A model generated the notes under the pieces. It was not told the DNA's origin, made no database searches, and worked only from the letters and a program-made list of their open reading frames with translations. A stretch of 64,000 nucleotides of DNA from an uncultured Gemmatimonadales bacterium. Lineage in GTDB: Bacteria; Gemmatimonadota; Gemmatimonadetes; Longimicrobiales; RSA9. The stretch is from the NCBI GenBank assembly GCA_963708135.1, contig OY970192.1:4800001-4864000 (forward strand). The letters are read 5' to 3'. Shown here one piece after another: positions 10,909-20,007 of this stretch. Numbering within the stretch: position 1 is the stretch's first letter; each line of letters opens with the position of its first letter. A program made the position numbers and the translations under genes.

Positions 10909-11080
10909 TCAGCGCGAGGCTTCCGCGATGAGCTCGTCCTCAAACGTGAAGTCGAGGTCTCGCCCAGGCGCCTGGCTGGCGTACCACTCGGTCGTACGCC
11001 AGGTCGAAGACAGCGTCGAAGCGGCGGCCGGCGAGGGCGCGCTGCACGGACGGGGGATCGTTGCGGTCGGCCACGGCGTT
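10909..11080 (-). pseudogene. Internally deleted remnant of an NAD-dependent epimerase/dehydratase-like gene
   Basis: ADRNDPPSVQRALAGRRFDAVFDLAYD joined out of frame at about 10990 to EWYASQAPGRDLDFTFEDELIAEASR*. Confidence 0.55.
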
Positions 11081-11226
11081 CGGGATCAGGAAATCCAAGC
11101 GCTGTTTGCGGCTACTCTCGAAGGATGGGCCGTGTACGGAGAGCGGGGCAAGGGGCAAGGCCGCGCGGGGCGGGGAGGTCGGCGACGCTGCTCCCGGCGG
11201 AGGGATCGCGGGGGCGGCGGCACGCC

Positions 11227-11399
11227 AACGGCGGGACATTAACGGCGGCACATTAACGGCGGCACATTGACGGCGGCACATTGACGGCGGCACCACCTGC
11301 CAGCGGCGGCACCTCAACGGCGGCACGTTAACGGCGGCACGTTAACGGCGGCACGTTAACGGCGGCACATTAGGAGCGGCACCTCGACGGCGGTAATGA
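11227..11399 (+). repeat. Tandem array of about 12 x 14-bp units, consensus AACGGCGGCACRTT
   Basis: Units read directly, e.g. 11241, 11255, 11316, 11330, 11344, 11358. Confidence 0.95.
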
Positions 11400-11475
11400 C
11401 GGGTGGGGGTGCGGGGCGGGAGGGATTGGCGCGGGGGGCTATCGCAATGCCCCGATCGTGCAGCGATCCTGGAGG

Positions 11476-11823
11476 ATGAGCTTTGAGCGGCTACGGGTCT
11501 ACCAGGCGGCTGAGCGGCTGGACGCGGAGGTGCAGGCGTTGATCGCACGGCTTGCGCCGGGATTCAGCAGGGACGTCAACCAGCTTCGGCGGGCGGCGGG
11601 ATCCGTCCTTTACAACATCGCCGAGGCGTACGGCTCCGAGCAACCGGGCCGGAAGCGCAACCATCTCGAAATTGCACGCGGCTCCGTGGATGAGACCCGG
11701 GCGATCGTGCGCCGGCTGGCCGCCTCCGGCGCGTTCCCGCTCCGCGCGACGTTCCCGGCGACCGGCCTCGCCGTCACGATCGCGAAGATGCTCACGTCCT
11801 GGATCCGTACCCTCCCGCCCTGA
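11476..11823 (+). CDS. Four helix bundle protein (23S rRNA IVS protein / Avd-like family)
   Basis: GGAGG SD; FERLRVYQAA...NQLRRAAGSVLYNIAEAYG...HLEIARGSVDET signature; 115 aa. Confidence 0.9.
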   Translation: MSFERLRVYQAAERLDAEVQALIARLAPGFSRDVNQLRRAAGSVLYNIAEAYGSEQPGRKRNHLEIARGSVDETRAIVRRLAASGAFPLRATFPATGLAVTIAKMLTSWIRTLPP

Positions 11824-11845
11824 CCGCCCCGCCCCCCACCCCGCA

Positions 11846-11962
11846 GTTCCGCCGTTGTTGTGCCGCAGTTGCCTGTGCCGAAGTACATGTGCCGAAGTTC
11901 ATGTGCCGAAGTTCATGTGCCGCAGTCGAAGTGCCGCAGTCGAAGTGCCGCAGTCTGCCGTC
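11846..11962 (+). repeat. Tandem array of about 8 x 14-bp units (GTGCCGAAGTTCAT / GTGCCGCAGTCGAA), inverted relative to the 11227-11399 array
   Basis: Units at 11875, 11889, 11903, 11917, 11931, 11945; core GTGCCG is the reverse complement of CGGCAC. Confidence 0.93.
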
Positions 11963-11999
11963 CCCCCCGTCTTTTTGGCGACTTCCGGCAGGATCCGAG

Positions 12000-12632
12000 C
12001 TAATGGCCGGACCGGCTGAAGCGCTGGACGATCCGGGCGCCGCGGGCCTGGCTGATCTCGGGAGGCGTCAGGGTGACGCCAGGGACGGACATCCCGGGAT
12101 TCATCAGGTCGTGGATATCGCCCTGGTGCTCCAGCCCGAGGAGATGCCCGAATTCGTGCGCGAGGCCGTTGTCGTTGGCGGCGTCGCCGACCGCGCAGAC
12201 GCCCAGGCGCTCGACGGCCGCACCAGCTTCGCTGCCGACGAAGCGACGGACGAGCAGGAGGCTCACGGAATCGTGCATGGGAAAGCTCGCCGCCAGCATC
12301 AGGAACCCCTGGTCGTCGAGCGCCTCGGATCCATGCGGCGCCTCGGTGTGGTCGGTGGTGGTCCTGCGGACCTGGAACTCGATATCGGCAGCGCCGAAGA
12401 TCCGGTTCACTTCGTGGAGCGACTGCGTGAGGGCGGCCGGCGTACGGGTGGTCGAGATCTCGCGCGTGCGCATGACCCGCTCGTGCTGCACACGCGTTTG
12501 GCGGCCGACCTGCACGTTGCGCGCGACGATCTCCGGCGTGGAAACGGTCAGCGTAATGAAGTGAGCGTGAACGGGTATCACGACCATGTCTACCTCCATC
12601 TCGACATGTGGCGGCTCTTGCGCCTCGCTCAC
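12000..12632 (-). CDS. Metzincin/matrixin-like zinc metalloprotease
   Basis: HEFGHLLGLEH plus Met-turn DLMNP; GTGA overlap with pepT stop. Confidence 0.75.
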   Translation of the reverse strand: MSEAQEPPHVEMEVDMVVIPVHAHFITLTVSTPEIVARNVQVGRQTRVQHERVMRTREISTTRTPAALTQSLHEVNRIFGAADIEFQVRRTTTDHTEAPHGSEALDDQGFLMLAASFPMHDSVSLLLVRRFVGSEAGAAVERLGVCAVGDAANDNGLAHEFGHLLGLEHQGDIHDLMNPGMSVPGVTLTPPEISQARGARIVQRFSRSGH

Positions 12633-13894
12633 ATCCCTTCGGCGAAGAGCTGCACGAGGTTAAGGATGGTGCATGCCGACTGGGCCAGCACGCGGGTGGA
12701 GATCCACTCCGAGGGCCCGTGGAAGTCAACGCCGCCCGCGAAGATGTTGGGCGTGGGCATGCCCATCTCGGTCAGCCGGGAGCCGTCCGTCCCCCCGCGG
12801 ATGGGCTCGAGCCTGGGGGTGATCCCCGCGGCACGCACCGCCTCCTCCAGCTTCCTGGTCACGTCGGGGTGGCGGCTCAGCACGTCGTACATGTTCCGGT
12901 ACTGCTTCGTGATCTCGACCTTCACGTCGAGGCGGGGCTCCTCGGCCATGAGCCCGGCGCACATGCGCTCCAGCCTGCGGCCCCGCTCCTCGAGGACCTT
13001 CGTGTCGAAGTCGCGCAGGATCATCTGCACGCTGCAGGAGGCCGCATCGCCTGACGCCGCGACGGGGTGGTAGAAGCCTTCCCGCGCGTCCGTCGTCTCG
13101 GGCGCCTCGCCCATGGGCAGCCGGTCCAGGAGCTTCCCCATCCAGGTGAGGGCGTTCACCATCTTGCCGCGCGCCGTGCCGGGATGCACGGAGACGCCGG
13201 TGAAGGTGACCACGGCCTTGTCGGCGGAGAAGGTCTCCACGTTGATCTCGCCCGTGAAGCTGCCGTCGATGGTGAAGGCCAGTGCACAGTCGAAGCGCTC
13301 CAGGGGGAAGCGGTCGGCGCCCCGGCCGATCTCCTCGTCGGGGTTGAAGCACACGCGCACCACGGGCCGCCGGACCTCCGGCTGCTGCACCAGGATCTCG
13401 AGCGCGCCCATGATGGCCGCGATCCCCGCCTTGTCGTCGGCACCGAGCAGCGTCGTCCCGTCGGTGGTGATGATGGTGTCGCCGATGCACTGCTTCAGCT
13501 CAGGCGTGTCGGCCGGGTCCAGGACGACGCCGTGGCCCACCTCGATCGCTCCGCCGTCGTACTGCTGAAGGATCTGCGCTCTCACGCCGGTGCCGGTGAA
13601 CTGCGGTGCCGTGTCGATGTGGGCGCAGAGGCCGATCCGCCCCGGTGCCGTGCCGGGGAGCTCCGCCAGGACGTAGCCATTCTCGTCCATCGAGACCTCG
13701 GCCTCGCCCACGCCCCGGAGTCCCAGCTCCTTCAGCTCGTCCACCAGGCGACGCGCCAGCTCGAGCTGCTTCGCGGTGCTCGGGCACGTTTCGCTGGCTT
13801 CGTCCGACTGCGTATCGAGGCGCACGTAGTCGAGGAGGCGCTCCACGATGCGGGTCCGGCTCAGGACGACGGAGGGGTCATCGAAGGCGAGCAT
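12629..13894 (-). CDS. pepT: Peptidase T (M20B tripeptidase)
   Basis: AHIDTA, TTDGTTLLGADDKAG, PDEEIGRG, HPGTARGKMVNA, PIRGGTDG, FHGPSEW. Confidence 0.95.
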   Translation of the reverse strand: MLAFDDPSVVLSRTRIVERLLDYVRLDTQSDEASETCPSTAKQLELARRLVDELKELGLRGVGEAEVSMDENGYVLAELPGTAPGRIGLCAHIDTAPQFTGTGVRAQILQQYDGGAIEVGHGVVLDPADTPELKQCIGDTIITTDGTTLLGADDKAGIAAIMGALEILVQQPEVRRPVVRVCFNPDEEIGRGADRFPLERFDCALAFTIDGSFTGEINVETFSADKAVVTFTGVSVHPGTARGKMVNALTWMGKLLDRLPMGEAPETTDAREGFYHPVAASGDAASCSVQMILRDFDTKVLEERGRRLERMCAGLMAEEPRLDVKVEITKQYRNMYDVLSRHPDVTRKLEEAVRAAGITPRLEPIRGGTDGSRLTEMGMPTPNIFAGGVDFHGPSEWISTRVLAQSACTILNLVQLFAEGM

Positions 13895-14001
13895 TATGCG
13901 CTCCCGTGGTTGAAAGGGCAGATGATAGTGGCGCCACGGCGGCCGGGAGGGGAAATTAGGGAGCCACCCACCCGGCGATCCACGGACCCAGGGAAACGAA
14001 C

Positions 14002-15501
14002 ATGACGACAGCGGCGCAGGCGCCCTCGCGGACGAGGGGATTCACCACCCTCTTCCTCATCGAGCTGTGGGAGAGGTTCGGCTACTACGGCATGACGGCG
14101 GTGGTCGTGCTGTTCATGGTACAGCAGCTCGGCTACACGGACGACCGTGCCAACCTCACGTTCGGCGCCTTCGCGGCACTCGCCTACACCGTTCCGGCGG
14201 TCGGCGGCTGGATCGGCGACAAGCTGCTGGGCAGCCGGCGCACGATGCTGCTCGGCGCGCTGACGCTGGCGCTCGGCTACATCGGCCTCGCGATTCCGAA
14301 CCACCCCGGCCTGCTCTTCCCCGCGCTGGCCATCGTGGCCGTCGGCGGCGGCGTCTTCAAGGCCAACCCCGCCAACATGATCTCGAAGCTGTACGAGGGC
14401 GACTCCGCCAAGATCGACAGCGCGTTCACCATGTACTACATGGCGGTCAACATCGGTGCGACCGCGTCGCAGCTCGCGACGCCGCTCATCGCGGTCAAGG
14501 TGGGATGGCACGTCGCGTTCGCGGTGTCCGCTGGCGGCCTCGTCGTCGGCATCGTGAACTACCTCGCGATGAGCCGCTATCTCAGCCACGTGGGCTCCGC
14601 GCCGGACTTCCAGCCCCTCAATGTGACTCGCCTCGTCCTGGTGGTCGGCGGAATGATCGCGGGCATCGTGCTCGTGTCGTTCATCATTCAGAATCTCGCC
14701 GTCGCACGGGGCACCGTCGTGCTCGGGTTCTTCACCATGCTCGCCATCTTCGGGTTCATGATGAAGCGTGGCAGCGAGCGCGAGCGCAAGGGGCTCATCG
14801 CCGTGCTGATCCTGACGGGCCTCGGCATGCTCTTCTTCATCTTCTACCAGCAGATGTCGACGTCGCTCACACTCTTCTCGCTGCGCAACGTGGACCTCGA
14901 CTTCTTCGGCTACCACGTCCCCGCCGGGCAGGTCCAGGCGCTGAACCCCATCTGGATCTTCATCCTGAGCCCGGGGCTCGCCTGGCTCTACACCAGTCTC
15001 GGCAAGGGGAAGGGCGGAGACTTCCACATCTCCACGAAATTCGCGATGGGCTTCGCCGTGCTTAGTCTCGGGTTCTTCATCTACGGATTCAGCGGTCACT
15101 TTGCCAGCGCGGGCAAGATCTCGTTCTGGTGGATGATCACGGGCTATGGCTTCCAGTCGGTGGGAGAGCTCCTCATCAGCGGTCTCGGCCTCGCGGTCGT
15201 CGCGCGCTACGTCGGCCCGTCGCTGCGCGGCTTCATCATGGGCGTCTGGTTCCTCGCGACCGGAATCTCCCAGTACCTCGGGAGCTACGTCGCGACGTTC
15301 GCGAGCGTGCCCAGGGACGTGACGAGCCCCGTCGCCACGCTGCCGCTCTATACGAACCTGTTCACGAGGCTTGGCATCGTGGCCCTGATCGGAACCGCGA
15401 TCGCCGCCGCGCTGGTCCCGACGATGAAGAAGCTGTCGGCCGTGAGCGAAGGGCCGTGGGAGGAGGCGGCCATTGCCCGCACGGCCCCGGTGGAGGCCTG
15501 A
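14002..15501 (+). CDS. POT/PTR family proton-dependent oligopeptide transporter
   Basis: ELWERFGYYGM, GGWIGDKLLG, FTMYYMAVNIG; many TM segments. Confidence 0.95.
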   Translation: MTTAAQAPSRTRGFTTLFLIELWERFGYYGMTAVVVLFMVQQLGYTDDRANLTFGAFAALAYTVPAVGGWIGDKLLGSRRTMLLGALTLALGYIGLAIPNHPGLLFPALAIVAVGGGVFKANPANMISKLYEGDSAKIDSAFTMYYMAVNIGATASQLATPLIAVKVGWHVAFAVSAGGLVVGIVNYLAMSRYLSHVGSAPDFQPLNVTRLVLVVGGMIAGIVLVSFIIQNLAVARGTVVLGFFTMLAIFGFMMKRGSERERKGLIAVLILTGLGMLFFIFYQQMSTSLTLFSLRNVDLDFFGYHVPAGQVQALNPIWIFILSPGLAWLYTSLGKGKGGDFHISTKFAMGFAVLSLGFFIYGFSGHFASAGKISFWWMITGYGFQSVGELLISGLGLAVVARYVGPSLRGFIMGVWFLATGISQYLGSYVATFASVPRDVTSPVATLPLYTNLFTRLGIVALIGTAIAAALVPTMKKLSAVSEGPWEEAAIARTAPVEA

Positions 15502-15611
15502 GAACCCGCCCGGCCGCCGGCTGCACAACGATTGGAACACGGGACTCCCGGCATCACCCCGGCCACGAACGAGCGTGCGCCGGCTTTCCTCTCGCAAAAG
15601 GAGCGACAGCC

Positions 15612-15884
15612 ATGTACCTGATCTGGATGCTGGTCCTCGGGCTGATCGCCGGGGCGATCGCCAAGCTGATCATGCCGGGGAAGGATCCGGGCGGGATCAT
15701 CGTGACGATGCTTATCGGTATCGCCGGTTCGTTCGTAGGCGGGTTCCTCGGCCGGCTGCTGGGTGTCGGACGTGGCGGGCAGGGAAGCCTCACGGCGGGG
15801 CTGATCGGCTCGATCATCGGCGCGATCATCCTGCTGGCGATCTACCGCGTCGTGATGAAGAATCGCACGACCACGGCCCCGTAG
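15612..15884 (+). CDS. GlsB/YeaQ/YmgE family (transglycosylase-associated) membrane protein
   Basis: AAGGAG SD; LGLIAGAIAKLIMPGKDPGGIIVTMLIGIAGSFVGG. Confidence 0.92.
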   Translation: MYLIWMLVLGLIAGAIAKLIMPGKDPGGIIVTMLIGIAGSFVGGFLGRLLGVGRGGQGSLTAGLIGSIIGAIILLAIYRVVMKNRTTTAP

Positions 15885-15946
15885 CCGCGTGCGCCGCCGG
15901 GCTGCGTGGCGAATCCCGTCGCCACGCAGCCTCTGCGGGCCGCGCC

Positions 15947-16485
15947 TCAGTGGCCGGAGGACGTGACCAGACGTGTTGCGTCGAAGCCCTGTGCGGTGGC
16001 CGTCGCCACCATGCGCTGGTAGGTCGCGTCGTCCAGCTCGGGCGTGCGGGCCAACACCCACAGGTACCGGCGGTCGGGTGAGCCGACGAGGGCGGCGCCG
16101 TAGTCCTCCGTCAGGTCGAGAATCCAGTAGTCGCCCCAGACGAAGGGCAGGAACGAGAGCAGCCGGGGCGCGAAGCGAACCTCGAGCACCGAGGAGGGCC
16201 CACCCGGACGAGCGAGCCGCGCGCGGCCCTCGACCCGGCTGATACCGCCATCCGCGCGGCGACAGGAATTCACCACGCGGATCTGTCCGTCGGGCAGCAG
16301 CTCGTAGTCGGCGGTCACGGCGGCGGCGCATCCCGCCTGGAAGCGGTTGGGGAAGCGGGCGATCTCATACCACCGGCCCGCGTAGCGGGCGAGGTCCACG
16401 CGCGCCACAGGCCGTACGGGCGCGCGCGGCTGTCCTGAACGGCGGCCAGCGCGACGACGAAGGCGAGAGGGAGGGATGCGATCAC
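15947..16485 (-). pseudogene. blc: Lipocalin (Blc family), frameshifted at about 16420-16430
   Basis: VDLARYAGRWYEIARFPNRFQAGC, DYWIL, YLWVLARTP; signal peptide (GTG 16485, SD GGGGAG) is in another frame, with the shift in a (CG)n run. Confidence 0.8.
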
Positions 16486-16499
16486 GGTCTTCTCCCCGG

Positions 16500-17039
16500 T
16501 CAGCGACGTCCGAGCAGCCCACCCAGCACGTTGCCGAGAGCTGATGCGCCACCCTGGCCGCCGACCAGTCCGCCGAGCATTCCACCCACGCCGGAACTGC
16601 CCAGCGCGCCACCGCCCGCGGCGGCCTTGGAGTGGCGAGCCAGAGCGCCCATGGCCAGTGTGGCCACGAGGGGCAGCATCTGCTTCAGGATGGCCGGGTC
16701 GATGCCGGTCTGCGCTGACGCCTGACCGGCTACCTGGCGACTCACGTCCTTGCTGCCCAGGACGTGGGCGAGGATCGCGTTGCCGTCCTCGGTGGTGGCT
16801 TGCTGCGTGAGGGCTGCGGGGTTCTCGAGGTAGGCTTCGTGCTTGCCCGTTCCGAGCGCCGAAGCGAGCGAGCCAAGGCCCTCCTCGCTCGTCACGTTCT
16901 TCTGGAGTCCGTTCGCCAGCGCCGGCATGAGCGCACCGACGGCGGAAGAGGCCTGGTCCGGGCTGAGCCCGAATTGCGCGGCCAGCTGGGCGACTGCACC
17001 GCCATTGGCGGCGCCGAGTACGGTATTGAGGATGTCCAT
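16500..17039 (-). CDS. DUF937 domain protein
   Basis: QLAAQFGLSPDQA...DGNAILAHVLGS...QTGID...LKQMLPLVA; AAAGGGA SD. Confidence 0.85.
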   Translation of the reverse strand: MDILNTVLGAANGGAVAQLAAQFGLSPDQASSAVGALMPALANGLQKNVTSEEGLGSLASALGTGKHEAYLENPAALTQQATTEDGNAILAHVLGSKDVSRQVAGQASAQTGIDPAILKQMLPLVATLAMGALARHSKAAAGGGALGSSGVGGMLGGLVGGQGGASALGNVLGGLLGRR

Positions 17040-17256
17040 TTTGTCCCTTTCGTGTGGGTCCGCCGGTTCGGCGGACGGGTGACATCACACCAGCGCACCA
17101 GGCGCGAGTGGTCGGTCACCGGGGGGCTCGGAGGAAGGAGGGCGGCGGGCACAGGCCCGAGGCAGCCTGGCCCTCGCCAGCGGGTCGGGTCGGCGGGGGC
17201 GCCCGCAGCTACCCGGACCGTCCCGGCGCGCGTGGGTGCGCTCCGAGGCCGCGGGC

Positions 17257-17328
17257 GCTCTCCACGGAAGCGATGCCGTTCTCCATGGCCCCCGGCGACG
17301 AATACATCTCGCTCTGCCCGACCACCTG
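17257..17328 (-). pseudogene. Fragment of a YegP/DUF1508-like gene
   Basis: Translates QVVGQSEMYSSPGAMENGIASVES; the N-terminal half of the domain is absent. Confidence 0.55.
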
Positions 17329-17519
17329 TGGCAAGGAGCTGAGCGCCCCAGTCCAGGCGTCGAGGCGACGCTGGCATCAGACGAGTCGAGCGGCTCGGAG
17401 CTTGGCGCGGTGCCGGGCCCCTGACGCCCGGTGGCGAGGAACTCGCTCGAGGCCGCCTTGCGGCGCGGCGCCGCCGGTGGGATCATGAGCCGGGGCACAC
17501 AGTGGGGTCGGAGGACGCA

Positions 17520-19961
17520 ATGGGCGGGAAGCCGGGCGAGCTTTGCATTGGCGGCGTCGTGGACGCCGGGACGGGGAAGCGCACGGGCAATGCGCTCGTG
17601 GTCGACTCCGCCGACCTGACCACGCACGCGGTCATCGTCGGCATGACGGGCTCCGGCAAGACGGGCCTCGGCGTCGTGCTCCTCGAGGAGGCGCTCCGGG
17701 CCGGCGTGCCGTCCCTCGTGCTCGACCCGAAGGGGGACATGGGGAACCTGCTCCTCGAGTTCCCCGACCTGGCCCCGGCCGACTTCGCGCCGTGGGTGGA
17801 TGCCGATGCGGCGCGCCGGGAAGGCATCACTCCGGACGACCTCGCCGCCCGGACTGCGGAAACGTGGCGCGAGGGCCTCGCCGGCTGGGACCTCGGTGGC
17901 GACGACATCCGGGCGCTGAAGCAGGGCTCGGAGGCCGTCGTCTACTCGCCCGGCTCCACGATGGGGGTGCCCCTCGACCTGGTCGGCTCGCTGGCCGCAC
18001 CGGGCCTCGACTGGGACATGCAGGCGGAGACGCTCCGGGACGAGATCGAGGGCCTCGTGTCCGGCCTCATGACCCTTGCCGGTCACGACGCCGATCCTGT
18101 CTCCGATCCCGGTCACATCCTCCTCGCCACCGTCATCGAGAACGAGTGGCGGGCGGGACGGAGTCTGGACATGGCCTCGCTCATCGGGCTCGTCCAGAAC
18201 CCGCCGATCCGCAAGCTCGGCGTCTTCCCCCTGGAGCAGGTCATTCCGGAGAAGGAACGCCGCGCGCTGGCGATGAGCCTGAACTCCCTCGTCGCCTCCC
18301 CATCCTTCAGCTCCTGGATGCAGGGGCAGCCCGTGGACATCGGGGCGCTCCTGTGGACGCCCGACGGCCGTCCCCGCGCCGCCGTCGTCTACCTGGCCCA
18401 CCTCTCCGAGCCGGAGCGCCAGTTCGTCGTCACGCTCCTGCTCGGTCGCTTCGTCACCTGGATGCGGCAGCAGCCCGGCACGTCTGCGCTCCGGGCCCTC
18501 ATCTACATGGACGAGATGTTCGGGTTCGCGCCGCCCACCGCCGCGCCACCGAGCAAGAAGCCAATTCTCACGCTCTTCAAGCAGGCACGCGCCTACGGCG
18601 TCGGCTTCATCGCCGCCACGCAGAACCCGGTCGACCTCGACTACAAGGCCATGTCCAACGCCGGCACCTGGATGATCGGCCGGCTGCAGACGGAACGGGA
18701 CAAGGCGCGCATCCTGGAAGGCCTCTCGGACGCCGCCGGCGGCACCGACGCGTCCGCCATGGACACGCGCCTGAGCGGCCTGCGCAAGCGCGAGTTCGTG
18801 CTGCGCTCGACCCATGTGCCCGAGCCCGTCGTCTTCACGACCCGCTGGGCGATGGCGTACCTGCGGGGGACGCTGACACGCGAGGAGATCATCCGACTGA
18901 GGAAGGAGCGGGAGGCGAGGGTCGGAGCGCCCGGGGCGACGTCGCCCGCGGGATCACCGGCTGGATCCACCTCCGGCGCGGCCGGGGCCGCCGCCGCATC
19001 GATCTCGCACAACGAATCCGCGCCGACCGCGCCGAGCGCGGACGAGAGCGTGGTCGCCCCGCCCGTCGCCTCGTCCGTGCCGGTCCGCTACCTCGACCCC
19101 TCCGCCTCGTGGAGCGACGACGTGGGCGCCGTTCCCGGCTCCGTCCGCCTGGGGGCCGCGCTCGTCGCCCGGGTGGGGCTCCTGTTCGACGACGCCAAGG
19201 CCGGGATCGAGCACCGCGAGGAATGGGAAGCCGTCTATTTCCCGTTGCCGGAGCGATTCGACCCGGCGGCCGGGATCGCCGTCGATTACGACGACCGCGA
19301 CCTGCGTCCCGAGCCGCCGGACGGGGCGCGCTACGTCCTGCCCCGGGCGCCGGTGGGCGACGCCGCCTACTTCCGGGACGCCCAGCGGGCCATCATCGAC
19401 TGGCTCGTGCGGGAGCGGACCGTCGAGGTGCAGGCAAACCGGGAGCTCGGCCTCTATTCCCGCGTGGGCGAGTCGGCCGACGATTTCCGCGCCCGCTGCG
19501 CGGCCGCTGCCTCCACGAAGGCGGACGAGGAGACGGCGAAGCTGAAGGAGCGCTACGCGTCCAGGATCGACCGGGTGAAGGACGTGCTCGCCCGCGCCGA
19601 GGACCGGCTCCGGGAGGTGCAGGTCGATGCCAGCTCCCGCAAGCAGCAGGAGCTGATCGCCGGCGCGGGGCAGGTCCTCTCCATGTTCCTGCGCGGCCGG
19701 AGCAGCGCCCGGTCCCTGTCCGGGTTCGCGTCGCGGCGGTCCATGACGCGGCGCACCGAGGAGCGCATGCAGACCGCGGAAGGCCGCGTCGCGGAGGAGC
19801 AGGCCGAGCTGGCGGACCTCGAGAAGGAGCTCGGCGACGAGGTGCAGGCGATCGTCGGCAGGTGGGAGGACGCCGCGTCGAAGGCCGAGACCGTGAAGAT
19901 CCCGCTGGAGAAGTCCGACGTCTCCGTGGAGCAGGTCGGACTGGTGTGGATCGGATGTTGA
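17520..19961 (+). CDS. HerA/FtsK-superfamily P-loop ATPase (DUF87/DUF853-like) with C-terminal coiled coil
   Basis: THAVIVGMTGSGKT, LIYMDE, KQARAYG, ATQNPVDLDYK; GGAGG SD. Confidence 0.85.
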   Translation: MGGKPGELCIGGVVDAGTGKRTGNALVVDSADLTTHAVIVGMTGSGKTGLGVVLLEEALRAGVPSLVLDPKGDMGNLLLEFPDLAPADFAPWVDADAARREGITPDDLAARTAETWREGLAGWDLGGDDIRALKQGSEAVVYSPGSTMGVPLDLVGSLAAPGLDWDMQAETLRDEIEGLVSGLMTLAGHDADPVSDPGHILLATVIENEWRAGRSLDMASLIGLVQNPPIRKLGVFPLEQVIPEKERRALAMSLNSLVASPSFSSWMQGQPVDIGALLWTPDGRPRAAVVYLAHLSEPERQFVVTLLLGRFVTWMRQQPGTSALRALIYMDEMFGFAPPTAAPPSKKPILTLFKQARAYGVGFIAATQNPVDLDYKAMSNAGTWMIGRLQTERDKARILEGLSDAAGGTDASAMDTRLSGLRKREFVLRSTHVPEPVVFTTRWAMAYLRGTLTREEIIRLRKEREARVGAPGATSPAGSPAGSTSGAAGAAAASISHNESAPTAPSADESVVAPPVASSVPVRYLDPSASWSDDVGAVPGSVRLGAALVARVGLLFDDAKAGIEHREEWEAVYFPLPERFDPAAGIAVDYDDRDLRPEPPDGARYVLPRAPVGDAAYFRDAQRAIIDWLVRERTVEVQANRELGLYSRVGESADDFRARCAAAASTKADEETAKLKERYASRIDRVKDVLARAEDRLREVQVDASSRKQQELIAGAGQVLSMFLRGRSSARSLSGFASRRSMTRRTEERMQTAEGRVAEEQAELADLEKELGDEVQAIVGRWEDAASKAETVKIPLEKSDVSVEQVGLVWIGC

Positions 19962-20007
19962 GCTGCCGCAACGCCACGGCGGGCGAGTTGTTCTCCCTGG
20001 CGGGCCG

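Noticed and set aside
11476..11823. Diversity-generating retroelement (Avd-like gene)
   Set aside because: No reverse transcriptase and no adenine-specific TR/VR pair seen in the window
11227..11962. CRISPR array
   Set aside because: Units are 14 bp and abut without unique spacers; no cas genes in the window
11200..12000. 23S rRNA gene with intervening sequence
   Set aside because: Flanks are protein-coding or remnant sequence with no rRNA motifs
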